Below, piece after piece: positions 20,047 to 30,062 of a stretch of DNA of 64,000 nt. The notes under the pieces are model-generated. The model searched no databases. It was not told where the DNA came from and was given only the letters and a program-made list of their open reading frames with translations. Position 1 is the stretch's first letter, and each line of letters opens with the position of its first letter. The position numbers were made by a program, and so were the translations under genes. This DNA is from an uncultured delta proteobacterium. Lineage in GTDB: Bacteria; Desulfobacterota; BSN033; UBA1163. Location of the stretch: assembly GCA_963827685.1 (NCBI GenBank), contig CAWHBU010000003.1:672001-736000 (forward strand), in the 5' to 3' direction.

Positions 20047-20074
20047 ATTGTATACGAATCCTGTTAGGTGTCAA
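20047..20074 (-). promoter_or_regulatory. Sigma-70 promoter
   Basis: TTGACA-16 nt-TACAAT. Confidence 0.6.
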
Positions 20075-20178
20075 ATTATTTTCAGCTTGCGAAGTTTTCG
20101 AACATTTTTTAGAATAGCTTAACCGCTTATATTCTACGAGAGAAAAAAAGTACCAGGAAATTCTTGACTGGACAAGAG

Positions 20179-21000
20179 TTAAGACAGATTCAAGACCTTT
20201 CTCACTTCTTGAGGTATGGCAATTTCTCTTCCGAATTCTTTTGAAATCCTGACCACTCTCTCCACCAATTGGGCATTGTTCTTAGCCAGGATGCCTTTCG
20301 AATAGTAGATGTTATCCTCCAACCCAAACCGGACATGCCCGCCCATTATCATTGCCATCATGGCCATCGGGAGTTGGCCCGTACCGATCCCAATCACAGA
20401 CCATGTCGAACCTTGGGGGAGGATCTCTGAAAGATAGAGGAGAGATTTTGCTGTGGCGGGCATGCCGCCGAGAACGCCTAAAACGAATTGAAAGTGGAGC
20501 GGAGGTTTAAGAAGGCCTTTTTCCAAAAACCTATTGCAGATTTCTACCATTTCAACTTCAAATCCCTCCATCTCGGGCTTAATTCCCCTCGCCAGCGTCT
20601 CTTCGGCCAGCATCTCCAAAAACTCTGGAGGGTTGAGAAAAACATTCTCCCTTATATTGATAGATCCTGCATCAAAGGAGACCAATTCTGGATTTAAGGA
20701 TAAGGGAACAAGCCTTTCTTCAAATTGGAGATTTCTCCCCGGGATGCCGCTCGTGGTCAGGCAGAGGATCGCATCGGTTTCGCTTCGAATACGGTCCACT
20801 ATCTCCTTAAAGATGGAATAATCCTGGGCTCCTAATTCTGTCTTTGGATCTCTCACATGGATATGAAGGATAGAAGCTCCCGCTTTCCAAGCCTCAATCC
20901 CCGACTGGGCAATCTCTTGCGGAGTAATGGGGATATACGGGGTTTGTTGTCTTGTGATTCGAGAACCTGTTATCCCAACAGTAATGATGAGTTTCTCCAT
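20179..21000 (-). CDS. 3-keto-5-aminohexanoate cleavage family (BKACE/DUF849)
   Basis: KLIITVGITG, PITPQEIA, HIHVRD, GGHVRFGLEDN. Confidence 0.92.
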   Translation of the reverse strand: MEKLIITVGITGSRITRQQTPYIPITPQEIAQSGIEAWKAGASILHIHVRDPKTELGAQDYSIFKEIVDRIRSETDAILCLTTSGIPGRNLQFEERLVPLSLNPELVSFDAGSINIRENVFLNPPEFLEMLAEETLARGIKPEMEGFEVEMVEICNRFLEKGLLKPPLHFQFVLGVLGGMPATAKSLLYLSEILPQGSTWSVIGIGTGQLPMAMMAMIMGGHVRFGLEDNIYYSKGILAKNNAQLVERVVRISKEFGREIAIPQEVRKVLNLS

Positions 21001-21132
21001 ATCACCTTCCCACTCAATGCCTTAATGTCCGATGAGCAACTATCGATTCCCAATGGTCATCGAACGATTGAAACCTCAATCCATTGACCATTGATTATTG
21101 CTAACTGGTCATTGAACGGTTGATCTGTAATT

Positions 21133-22395
21133 CTACGGATAGAGTCCTCTCAGCCTCGAGGCTTCAGCCACCCTTCCGATTCCAAGCACAAGGGCCGCCA
21201 CTCTCATGGAAATTTTTTTAGAAAGGGAGATATCCAGAACTTCTTTGAAACCCTTCTGCATGATCCGGGTCAATCGATCTAGCACCTCTTCTTCACTCCA
21301 GATAAGTTCCTGAAGGTTCTGAACCCACTCAAAATAGGAGACCGTCACTCCTCCTGCATTGGCTAAAATGTCGGGAACCAAAAAGACTCCCTTGTTATTC
21401 AAAATCTCATCCGCCTTAGGGGTCGTCGGACCATTCGCCCCTTCGACGATAATCTTCGCTTTGACTCGAGGGGCATTCTTCTCTACAATCTGATTTTCTA
21501 TCGCAGCGGGGACCAGGATATCGCATTTCAACTCTAACAACTCTTGATTCGTGATCTCGGTTTCGTCCTTCGTCTCGCAAACAAAACACTTATATTTTGC
21601 CTTGTATTCCAAAGCCCTCATCACATCCAATCCCTTCTCATTGTAGAGTCCTTTTTCTGAATCGCTGATGGCGATAACCTTTGCCCCCAGACGATGGAAG
21701 TGCATGGCCGCAACGCCTCCCACATTTCCACATCCCTGAATGACCACGTTCGCTCCTTCAACCGACATTTTCAAGTATTTCAACGCCTCGAGAGAGGTGA
21801 TCACCACTCCTCTCCCCGTGGCTTCAAGCCTCCCCAGGGATCCTCCCAGCTCAACGGGTTTGCCCGTCACCACGCCTGGGACAGAATAGCCTTTTAGAAT
21901 GCTGAAGGTGTCCATGATCCAGGCCATCACCTGTGGGTTGGTATAGACATCCGGAGCAGGGATATCCTGTTCAGGACCCAACATCATGAAGATCTCCCAG
22001 GTAAACCGTCTCGTCAAATGCTCTATCTCATGAAGTGACATCTCTTTCGGGTTACATTGAACCCCGCCTTTGGCCCCTCCGAATGGGATGTTGACCACTG
22101 CCGACTTCCAGGTCATCCACATTGACAAAGCCCTCATTTCATCCAGATCAATATCGGGATGGTATCTTATTCCCCCCTTGGCTGGTCCCCTCGCCACATT
22201 ATGTTGGACTCGGTAGCCGGTAAAGATCTTGACGCTCCCATCATCCATCTGAACAGGAAAATGGACGATTAACTCCCTCTTTGTATTTTTCAATTTTTCA
22301 ATCGATCCAGGATCCAGGTTCAAATACTTGGCCGCAATATCCACTTGTTTCTTTGCCATCTCGAAGGAATCAATCTTCTCGTTTTCGGCCATCAT
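21133..22395 (-). CDS. gdhA: Glutamate dehydrogenase (Glu/Leu/Phe/Val dehydrogenase family)
   Basis: RVQHN..RGPAKGGIRYHP, GGAKGG, DIPAPD, EGANGP, NAGGVTVSYFEW. Confidence 0.93.
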   Translation of the reverse strand: MMAENEKIDSFEMAKKQVDIAAKYLNLDPGSIEKLKNTKRELIVHFPVQMDDGSVKIFTGYRVQHNVARGPAKGGIRYHPDIDLDEMRALSMWMTWKSAVVNIPFGGAKGGVQCNPKEMSLHEIEHLTRRFTWEIFMMLGPEQDIPAPDVYTNPQVMAWIMDTFSILKGYSVPGVVTGKPVELGGSLGRLEATGRGVVITSLEALKYLKMSVEGANVVIQGCGNVGGVAAMHFHRLGAKVIAISDSEKGLYNEKGLDVMRALEYKAKYKCFVCETKDETEITNQELLELKCDILVPAAIENQIVEKNAPRVKAKIIVEGANGPTTPKADEILNNKGVFLVPDILANAGGVTVSYFEWVQNLQELIWSEEEVLDRLTRIMQKGFKEVLDISLSKKISMRVAALVLGIGRVAEASRLRGLYP

Positions 22396-22894
22396 CGTAA
22401 CCTCCTCCCCAAAAATTACAAAAATGCGGCAGTCTTTTTCAATGACTTTTTTCTACCTCTTCTGCCTTCCTTTTTCAAGAGAAATCTTGTGACCTTTCTA
22501 TCCATCTGCCTAATCGAATCACTTTCCGTGGAATTCCATTCAATTGGTGCCTCTTCCGGAGGAAATTCTTGTCGAATAAATCGCCGGAATTGTCGAAACG
22601 GATGATCACTAAAGTTACTGAGCCCGCATTCTTGGTGGGTGCTCGTAACCTATTGAATCTCTGCCTGTCTTTGGTTTCGATCTGCCGCGACGGATTTATA
22701 ATGCCGAGAAGAGAACTATTTCTCTCAATAGATCTCGACAAGTCTTTCCTGTTTGAGGTTGAATCCTGAGAAAATCATTTCTTATAGAATCTAAATTCAT
22801 CCAACTGCCGGAAGCGCGTAACCCCTCTGAAAATCTTAATAAATCATCATTCCGAATACAATCAAGAATCTCACCCAATATCTAATAAATGTAT

Positions 22895-22910
22895 TGGCAC
22901 AGTCCTTGCT
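22895..22910 (+). promoter_or_regulatory. Sigma-54 promoter
   Basis: TGGCAC-AGTCC-TTGCT about 50 nt before the ZraP-like gene. Confidence 0.85.
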
Positions 22911-22960
22911 CTATTTACAGGGCAATGGTTAAATTAATAGTATGAAGGGAGGTGAGAAAG

Positions 22961-23485
22961 ATGAGAAAGACGGTCATTTTATTAGGATTGGTGGCACTCA
23001 TGGTTCTGGGTGTGGCCTATGCTTATGCTCAAGGACCGGCGTATGGTCCTGGACATAGACAGGGTTGGGGTCAGGAGAAATGGTCTTCGCTGACTCCCGA
23101 GCAGCGGACCAAATTTCAGGAATTGCGCCAGAAGTTCAATGACGAGACAGCCCAGTTGAGAGGAGCGATCCTCACCAAAAGGCTGGAACTCCGATCTCTA
23201 TGGAGCAATCCAAAGGCTGACCCTAAAGCTATTCTGAGTAAGGAAAATGAATTGACAACCCTTCAGGATCAGTTAAGAGATAAGGCTGTTCACTTCAAGG
23301 TCGAAGCTCGTTCGATCCTCACCCCTGAGCAGATTGCCCAATTCGGATCTGGTTGGGGTAGGGAACCTGGATTCGGTCGCGGCCATATGATGGATTACGG
23401 CTACGGAATGGGTCGTGGCGAAATGGGTCCCGGTTACGGCATGGGTCCCGGTCACGGGATGGGCTCCGGTTTTGGATGCTATTAA
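22961..23485 (+). CDS. ZraP/Spy/CpxP-family periplasmic protein
   Basis: Signal peptide, two LTPEQ motifs, Gly/Met-rich tail ending GCY. Confidence 0.85.
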   Translation: MRKTVILLGLVALMVLGVAYAYAQGPAYGPGHRQGWGQEKWSSLTPEQRTKFQELRQKFNDETAQLRGAILTKRLELRSLWSNPKADPKAILSKENELTTLQDQLRDKAVHFKVEARSILTPEQIAQFGSGWGREPGFGRGHMMDYGYGMGRGEMGPGYGMGPGHGMGSGFGCY

Positions 23486-23510
23486 TCATGGTCTCTGGAA
23501 ATACCTCGAC

Positions 23511-23542
23511 AAAAGGGGAAGGCTTGTTTCTTCCCCTTTTTT
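23511..23542 (+). terminator. Intrinsic terminator
   Basis: AAAAGGGGAAG...CTTCCCCTTTTTT. Confidence 0.7.
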
Positions 23543-23552
23543 ATTTTTGACC

Positions 23553-23735
23553 CATTCGACTGCGCCCGAGCCCAGGGCCTTCAGAACCGGCAAGAAAGCA
23601 CCACTCAGGGTCAAACCTGAGCCCCTCGACCTGCTATTTTGACTGAGCTCACGCTGAAGTCTTGGGCCGAAGGCAAACCTTCTACCGCTCTGTTGCGGGG
23701 CAAGCCCCCTTTCTCATCCGGGAAGTCGAAGGTTT
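23553..23735. repeat. REP-like cluster related to 32740-32870 and 46937-46990
   Basis: CTCAGGGTCAA..TGAGCCC and GACTGAGCTCACGC.GAAGTCTTG shared with 32759-32840 (second motif inverted); GTCGAAGG ends. Confidence 0.55.
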
Positions 23736-23825
23736 GACTTTTTCAAATCATTCCGATATGTTTTAAAATAAACGAACAGGACATGAAATTTCGATATCAT
23801 GGAGTCGGAGTGCTGAGGAAGGACT

Positions 23826-24317
23826 ATGAAGCTTAAAATACAACTGCTCATTTTTTGTTTTCTTTTTATCCTCGCTGTCTCTCCCTCCTTCCCACAACCT
23901 CCGGGAATGGAAATGAAAAAGTGGAGGGGAGAAGGTCCCTGCTGGAGAGCATTGGAACTCGATCTCTCCCAGGAGCAGAGGAAAGGCCTTGATTTGATTC
24001 AGCAGAGTTATTTCCGCGAAGTCCAACTTCTCAGACTCCAGCTTTTTACAAAGCGTCTAGAACTTCGCGAACTACTTACCGATCCGGCCGCGAAAACTGA
24101 ATCCATACGTGGAAAATATTCAGAAATCATCGAACTCCAATCGAAACAGGAAGAGAAGGCGATTGAATATCTGATCAAAGTGAGAAATCTCCTCACTCTG
24201 GAACAATTAAAGAGTTGGTGTCCAGAACAGGAACTCCCTTCTTTTCGACAGAGGATGCACGGAATTGGCCCGATGGAACCGATGCATCAAAGAAAAGCCT
24301 TACCTCCGCCGGAGTAA
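23826..24317 (+). CDS. Periplasmic heavy-metal-sensor / Spy-like protein
   Basis: Signal peptide, LSQEQ and LTLEQ motifs; paralog of the upstream gene. Confidence 0.75.
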   Translation: MKLKIQLLIFCFLFILAVSPSFPQPPGMEMKKWRGEGPCWRALELDLSQEQRKGLDLIQQSYFREVQLLRLQLFTKRLELRELLTDPAAKTESIRGKYSEIIELQSKQEEKAIEYLIKVRNLLTLEQLKSWCPEQELPSFRQRMHGIGPMEPMHQRKALPPPE

Positions 24318-24345
24318 CCTAAAGGGAAATTAGGACGGGTATATT

Positions 24346-26082
24346 TTGGTCAAGAATGAGAATAAGATAAAAAGAAGTTTCTCCCTGATCTATCTAGGGA
24401 TTTTCTCCGGAATCATTCTCGTCATTCTCATCATCAATGGACTTTTGGAAATCAATCGAACCCAAAAGGGATTCTATCTCTTGTTGGAAAGAGAAGCGAC
24501 CGTTCTGATTCAGCATTTCGAGAAAAATATTCAAGAAGCCTTCACTATTCTGGAATGGATGGAAAGTGAACCCGGGAAGTATTCTTTCAACGCTCCTGTC
24601 TCAGGGCTCTTTTTCGGCATAGAGGATTCCGTTGCCGAATATCTTCTGGAGACCATCCATGGAGTGGATCAAATCGACAGAGAAAAACCTCTGAACCCCT
24701 CTGATCTCCGAGGCCTCATCGACCAATACCGCATCACTTCAATCGAGATCTATGACTCCAAGGGAAACTCCCTCCGGGGGTGGCCTTCTCCATTTTCTCC
24801 CCGCGAAAAAAGACTTCTTCTTCATGAATTGATCGAGAAGAAACAGCCCGTGGCCATCGATCTTCTTGGCAAACCCCTTTCCGAAGGCCAATTGTTCTCG
24901 ATGGCTGTCTGGAGGAGAACGAATCCAGAGATCATCGCTCTGTACCTCAATGGAGAACAGTTGAAAAGACTTCTCCGGCAATTCGCCATTCAAAGGTCGA
25001 TCTCTGATATCAGTCTCAGAGAGGGTATCCTCTATATCTCTGTCCAGGATACTTCTCTCAACACCATTGCGCATACTGACTCAACCTTTATTGGAAGAAG
25101 AGACGAGGACCGGTTCTTAAAAAGTTCCCTCCAAAACAACCTGGTTCTCTCTCGTCACTATCAGACCACCCAGGGAGAGGAAATTTTTGAGGTGGTAAAA
25201 TCTTTCTCTCTGAAGGAAAAAACCATGGGACTGATCCGGATTGGATACTCCCCGAAGGAAATCCGCCCTGTGCTCAGCCAAATCAAAAAGAATGTCGCCC
25301 TCTCGGTCTTCTTTTTTCTCGTCTTAGGAATTTCAGCAATCACTCTCATATGGGTGAATCAGAATCGCAACCTCAAAAAAATGAAAGATATGGAGGACCG
25401 GATCCAATTGGCGGAGAGACTGTCGTCACTCGGCCATTTAGCTGCGGGCGTCGCCCATGAGATTCGAAATCCTCTCAATGCCATAGGCATGGGTCTTCAG
25501 AGGCTCAAGAGAGAATTTCTCCCTCAAAATGAATCCAATAAGGAAGAATATATCTCTTTTATGGAGTTGATCCTTAAAGAAATCAGAAGGGTCAATGAAA
25601 TCATCGAACAGTTTCTGACCCTCTCCAGACCATTTCAACTCAATCTGAGGAAGTCTCCTCTCCAAGATCTTCTGAGAAATTTAGTCACTCTCTTCCAGGA
25701 AGAGGCTTCCTCCCTGGGAATCACTCTTCAAACAGAGATTTCGACAGAACTCCCTGTTATCGAAATGGATCCTGAAAGGTTGACACAGGCCTTGATCAAT
25801 ATTATGAAGAATGGAATGCAGGCGATGAGACAAGGAGGAACCCTTCGTATTGAAACCAAATTCTTGAAAGATGCTGTGGAAGTGATGATCTCGGATTCGG
25901 GTTCTGGAATTCCGTCAGAACAGATGGAAAAGATTTTCAATTATTACTATACGACGAAAGAGAAAGGGGTGGGCCTGGGGCTTCCCATCGCCCATCGAAT
26001 TATTGAAGCCCACGGTGGCCAATTAAAAATAGAAAGTCGAGTTGATTCTGGAACAAAAGTAACAGTGAGATTACCTGTTTAA
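24346..26082 (+). CDS. Membrane sensor histidine kinase (ZraS-like)
   Basis: Two TM segments, AAGVAHEIRNPL, DSGSGI, GVGLGL. Confidence 0.92.
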   Translation: MVKNENKIKRSFSLIYLGIFSGIILVILIINGLLEINRTQKGFYLLLEREATVLIQHFEKNIQEAFTILEWMESEPGKYSFNAPVSGLFFGIEDSVAEYLLETIHGVDQIDREKPLNPSDLRGLIDQYRITSIEIYDSKGNSLRGWPSPFSPREKRLLLHELIEKKQPVAIDLLGKPLSEGQLFSMAVWRRTNPEIIALYLNGEQLKRLLRQFAIQRSISDISLREGILYISVQDTSLNTIAHTDSTFIGRRDEDRFLKSSLQNNLVLSRHYQTTQGEEIFEVVKSFSLKEKTMGLIRIGYSPKEIRPVLSQIKKNVALSVFFFLVLGISAITLIWVNQNRNLKKMKDMEDRIQLAERLSSLGHLAAGVAHEIRNPLNAIGMGLQRLKREFLPQNESNKEEYISFMELILKEIRRVNEIIEQFLTLSRPFQLNLRKSPLQDLLRNLVTLFQEEASSLGITLQTEISTELPVIEMDPERLTQALINIMKNGMQAMRQGGTLRIETKFLKDAVEVMISDSGSGIPSEQMEKIFNYYYTTKEKGVGLGLPIAHRIIEAHGGQLKIESRVDSGTKVTVRLPV

Positions 26083-26084
26083 CA

Positions 26085-26175
26085 ACCCCCTCCCCTCTCC
26101 TTGCGGGAGGGGATTGAGGGGAGGGGGGACCGATGATCACCCTCACCCTGGCCCTCTCCCATCAAGGGAGAGGGA
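26085..26175. repeat. REP-like palindromes; second copy at 42365-42453
   Basis: CCCTCACCCT.GCCCTCTCCCA....GGGAGAGGG in both places. Confidence 0.65.
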
Positions 26176-26188
26176 AAAGATTTTTGAG

Positions 26189-27571
26189 ATGGACAAAGTC
26201 AAGATACTTATTGCCGAGGACGAAAAAACCCAAAGGGACCTTTTGGAAGGGTTTCTTGAAAAGGAAGGTTTCTCTGTTGAGGCTGTGGCCAATGGCAGGG
26301 AGGCTCTTCAGAAACTCGAAGGAGATTTTTTCGATATCGCCTTGGTCGATTATAAAATGCCTGAACTCGATGGCTTGCAAACCCTCCGGGAGATTCGAAA
26401 GCTCTATCCAGACCTCCCTGTCGTCATGATGACAGCCTACGGAACAGTGGAAACAGCCGTGGTCTCGATGAAAGAAGGAGCGTTGGACTATCTCACCAAA
26501 CCCATCGATTTGGACGAACTCCTCCTGATGCTTCAAAAAGTGATCGAGAGGTCCAGCCTGATCAAAGAGAATAAGGAACTGAAAACCCAGCTTCAGGAGC
26601 GCTATGCGTTTACCCATATTGTCTACGCGAGTCCAAAGATGGAGGAAGTCATGGGACTGGTGGCTCGGGTAGCGCCCAGCCAGACTACCATCCTCATCCG
26701 GGGTGAGAGCGGGACAGGAAAAGAGCTGATCGCTAATGCCATTCATTTTGCAAGTCCTCGCTCCGGAAAGCCTTGGGTGAAGGTGAGTTGTGCCGCAATC
26801 CCCGAAACCCTCCTTGAAAGTGAACTCTTCGGTCATGAGAAAGGAGCATTCACGGGGGCTACCCAGAAAAGAATAGGCCGATTCGAAGAGGCAGACGGCG
26901 GCTCCATCTTTCTTGATGAAATTGGGGACCTCTCACCAGGCACCCAAGTGAAACTTCTGAGAGTCTTACAGGACAAAGAATTCCAACGGTTAGGGTCAAA
27001 CCTCAGCCTCAAGACCGATGTGAGGGTGATCACTGCCACCCATCGAAACCTTGAGGAGTCGATTAAGACAGGCCTTTTTAGAGAGGATCTATATTATCGA
27101 CTCAATGTGATATCGATCACCCTTCCTTCCTTGAGAGAGAGGAGAGAGGACATTTCTCTTCTGATCGACCATTTTTTAAAAAAATATTCGAAAGAGAATC
27201 AGAAATCAATTTCTGATATCTCTAAAGAGGCAAGAACCCTGCTCCTTCGTTACCCTTATCCCGGAAACGTCAGAGAATTAGAGAACCTCGTTGAACGGGC
27301 AGTGGTCCTTTGTCGGGGAGAAATGATCACAACCCAAGACCTCCCTTTTCACCTCAAAGAGGAAAAACTTGAGAAACTATGGGAATCTTCCAAAAAAATA
27401 AAGAGTCTCCCCGAATCTTTGGAGGAGATCGAGCGAGACTCCATCGTCAAAGTCCTTCATCAACATCAGGGAGTTCAGACAAAGGCCGCTGAGAGCCTGG
27501 GCATCAGTGAGAGGGTGCTCCGATATAAAATGAAGAAGTATCAAATTCGTTTTGAAGAAATAAAAGGATAG
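26189..27571 (+). CDS. Sigma-54-dependent response regulator (ZraR/AtoC-like)
   Basis: Receiver, GESGTGKE, GAFTGA, Fis HTH; start moved to ATG 26189 because the upstream extension is REP sequence. Confidence 0.95.
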   Translation: MDKVKILIAEDEKTQRDLLEGFLEKEGFSVEAVANGREALQKLEGDFFDIALVDYKMPELDGLQTLREIRKLYPDLPVVMMTAYGTVETAVVSMKEGALDYLTKPIDLDELLLMLQKVIERSSLIKENKELKTQLQERYAFTHIVYASPKMEEVMGLVARVAPSQTTILIRGESGTGKELIANAIHFASPRSGKPWVKVSCAAIPETLLESELFGHEKGAFTGATQKRIGRFEEADGGSIFLDEIGDLSPGTQVKLLRVLQDKEFQRLGSNLSLKTDVRVITATHRNLEESIKTGLFREDLYYRLNVISITLPSLRERREDISLLIDHFLKKYSKENQKSISDISKEARTLLLRYPYPGNVRELENLVERAVVLCRGEMITTQDLPFHLKEEKLEKLWESSKKIKSLPESLEEIERDSIVKVLHQHQGVQTKAAESLGISERVLRYKMKKYQIRFEEIKG

Positions 27572-27742
27572 GATAGGATAGTAACAACTTTGGTCTCCTT
27601 TGGTATCGGAATGGCTTACTAAACAAAAAGAATGACGAATGACAAACCTCAAATTTAGAATTTAGATCGGAAAATTTGACATTTGGATTTTGTTTCACCT
27701 TTGAACTTTGACATTTGAAATTTGGGTTCCGAGGAGTTCGAT

Positions 27743-28444
27743 ATGACCTATTACCGCTATCGTTTTTCATTTGGATATGGTTTGACCCCCGTCATTAAGA
27801 ACTTGATGATCATCATGGGAGCTGTCTTCCTCCTTCAAAAGATATTTGAAATCGGCACTATTCAAATCTACTCTTATTATTTTCTTTACTACTTGGCACT
27901 CGTTCCTATTTTGGTCTGGAAGGAATATTTCCTGTGGCAATTGGGTACTTACATCTTTCTTCATGGGGGGGTCTTCCATCTCCTGTTTAACCTTCTGGCC
28001 CTGTGGATGTTTGGTGGAGAATTGGAAAACTACTGGGGATCGAAGAAGTTTTTGCGATATTTTCTATTCTGTGGGATCGGTGCGGGCATCTGCACCGTTC
28101 TCTTTACTCCTGAGATTTATCAACGCGCCCCCGTGATTGGAGCCTCCGGAGCCATCTATGGATTACTTCTCGCCTTCGGTTGGCTCTTTCCCAATCGGCT
28201 CATCTACATCTACTTTCTATTTCCCATTCGCGCCAAATACTTTGTCGTCATTTTCGGCCTCATTGAATTCTTTTCTTCGATAGAGGGAGCGGGGGGAGGC
28301 ATAGCCCATGTGACCCATCTGGGCGGTCTTATTTTCGGCTTCTTCTATATGGCTTATCCAATGATCCGACTAAAGATTCGCCGTGAATATTATAAGCGGA
28401 AGTGGTCTCAGAGGGGCCCTGGTGGTAAGGACTATTATCATTAA
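27743..28444 (+). CDS. Rhomboid intramembrane serine protease
   Basis: WQLGTYIFLH, HLLFN, GASGA, AHVTHLGG. Confidence 0.93.
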   Translation: MTYYRYRFSFGYGLTPVIKNLMIIMGAVFLLQKIFEIGTIQIYSYYFLYYLALVPILVWKEYFLWQLGTYIFLHGGVFHLLFNLLALWMFGGELENYWGSKKFLRYFLFCGIGAGICTVLFTPEIYQRAPVIGASGAIYGLLLAFGWLFPNRLIYIYFLFPIRAKYFVVIFGLIEFFSSIEGAGGGIAHVTHLGGLIFGFFYMAYPMIRLKIRREYYKRKWSQRGPGGKDYYH

Positions 28445-28523
28445 ACGATCCCATTTCACATTTCAGATTTTTGATTTCAGATGTTAGATTTTTCAATCTA
28501 CGATCTACGATCTGCAATCTGCA

Positions 28524-29273
28524 ATGAACGAGATGATTTTCATCGGAACGAGCGGCTATAATTATCCTCACTGGTGGAATGGGGTCTTCTATCCGTCTGA
28601 CCTCCCTCAGAAAAAGTGGCTTGAATTCTACACCGAATACTTTGACACGGTGGAGTTGAATGTAACCTTCTACCGTCTCCCTAAAAAAGAGGCCTTTGAA
28701 GGCTGGTATAAGCGGACACCGAAGCGGTTTGTCTTCGCTGTCAAGGGGAGCCGGTTCATCACCCACATCAAGCGACTAAAGGATTGCCGGGAACCTCTTT
28801 CTCTTCTTTTAGACCATGCCTCCCCATTGAAAGAGAAATTGGGGGTGATGCTCTGGCAACTTCCGCCGCGATTCAAATTTCAAGAAGAGAGATTGGAGGA
28901 GTTCTGTGTCCTCCTTTCGACCCTCTCTCGTTCCAAAGTCCATCGTCATGCCTTTGAGTTCAGAGATGAATCATGGTTTTGCAATGAGGCTTTTCGGATA
29001 TTGGAGGAATTCGGTTTTGCCTTCTGCATCGCCCACGGTTCAGGCCTTCCTTATATAGAAAAAATAACGTCCAACTTTATCTATCTTCGCCTTCACGGTG
29101 GTGAAGTGCTCTACGGCTCAGACTATTCGGATAAGGAATTGAAGCAATGGGCGGGAAAAATCCAAGATTGGGGGAAAAAGGATAAGACCGGATTCGTCTA
29201 TTTCAACAACGATGCTTATGGCTTCGCTGTCAAAAACGCCCTGTCCCTGAAAAAATTCGTATCCCAAGAGTAA
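28524..29273 (+). CDS. DUF72 family protein
   Basis: IGTSGY, VELNVTFYR, QLPP, EFRDESW, YLRLHG, YFNND. Confidence 0.93.
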   Translation: MNEMIFIGTSGYNYPHWWNGVFYPSDLPQKKWLEFYTEYFDTVELNVTFYRLPKKEAFEGWYKRTPKRFVFAVKGSRFITHIKRLKDCREPLSLLLDHASPLKEKLGVMLWQLPPRFKFQEERLEEFCVLLSTLSRSKVHRHAFEFRDESWFCNEAFRILEEFGFAFCIAHGSGLPYIEKITSNFIYLRLHGGEVLYGSDYSDKELKQWAGKIQDWGKKDKTGFVYFNNDAYGFAVKNALSLKKFVSQE

Positions 29274-29274
29274 A

Positions 29275-29368
29275 CCCCGTTAGAAATTCAAGTTGGGCAT
29301 TTAAGCCCGCCGGAATTATTTAGAATGTAACCCTGCTGTAGAGCAGCGGGGCATTATTTCTAACGGGG
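29275..29368. mobile_element. MITE copy 2
   Basis: Same terminal inverted repeats; TAAA direct repeats that include the DUF72 stop codon. Confidence 0.75.
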
Positions 29369-29381
29369 TAAACTATCCCCT

Positions 29382-29603
29382 GTACTCCCTCAGTGATAGG
29401 CGGAAATCCTATGCCCAGGACCGGGGTGGTCTCTCCGGAGAAAACTTGAAGCGGCACATTTGAGCAATGAGCCAAGGTGCAGATACCCTTAAAATGGCTC
29501 CTTCAGAACCACCCGCCGATTCCCCTCTCTCTAATGATCCACTTTTCAAGGTCTCGGAGGGGAGACCACCCCGATCCAACTGCACCCGAGACTAACGGAC
29601 TAC
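29382..29603. ncRNA. Putative rod-like structured RNA
   Basis: GGACCGGGGTGGTCTC / GAGACCACCCCGATCC, CTTGAA / TTCAAG and GAGCCA / TGGCTC nested stems. Confidence 0.45.
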
Positions 29604-29663
29604 CATCCCCTAAATTTTTTACTTGCAAATGATTGAAATTTATGATAGTTATTATTTAAGTTT

Positions 29664-30062
29664 ATGTTAACTTCAGTTCCGGGTTTTATCCCAGGCTTCC
29701 TAAAGAGTCCGTCCAGACCCCCGACGGGTCATCAGCATTTGATGCTGGCCGGCATCCACCAAACCATTTTTCTTAATCAGTGGGGAGAACCGGAGACCCA
29801 GATAAGCCTTAAGAGGCTTGGAAGTCTCGATAAACTGGGGTCCATTTTCTTAATCGAGGACCCTGCCGGGGAAGCCCATCATTCTATCTGGATTTATAAG
29901 AAGAGGGACAAGATACTCTTCTTCACGAAAAAGAGACTCATCTCTCATTCCAGATGGAGCGAATTCAGAGAGCAATGGAAAAAATCAAAAGAGGAGCCTG
30001 ACTTTCAGGCGTCCAGAAAGTCCTCTCCCCTCCTCACCACGACTCTCTCCCTTGTTGCCTAA
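29664..30062 (+). CDS. Hypothetical protein
   Basis: 132-aa ORF behind a TTGCAA/GATAGT-like promoter. Confidence 0.55.
   Translation: MLTSVPGFIPGFLKSPSRPPTGHQHLMLAGIHQTIFLNQWGEPETQISLKRLGSLDKLGSIFLIEDPAGEAHHSIWIYKKRDKILFFTKKRLISHSRWSEFREQWKKSKEEPDFQASRKSSPLLTTTLSLVA

Noticed and set aside
26114-26188. N-terminal extension of the ZraR-like regulator
   Set aside because: It is translated REP palindrome sequence; the same applies to the pyrH extension at 32840-32890.
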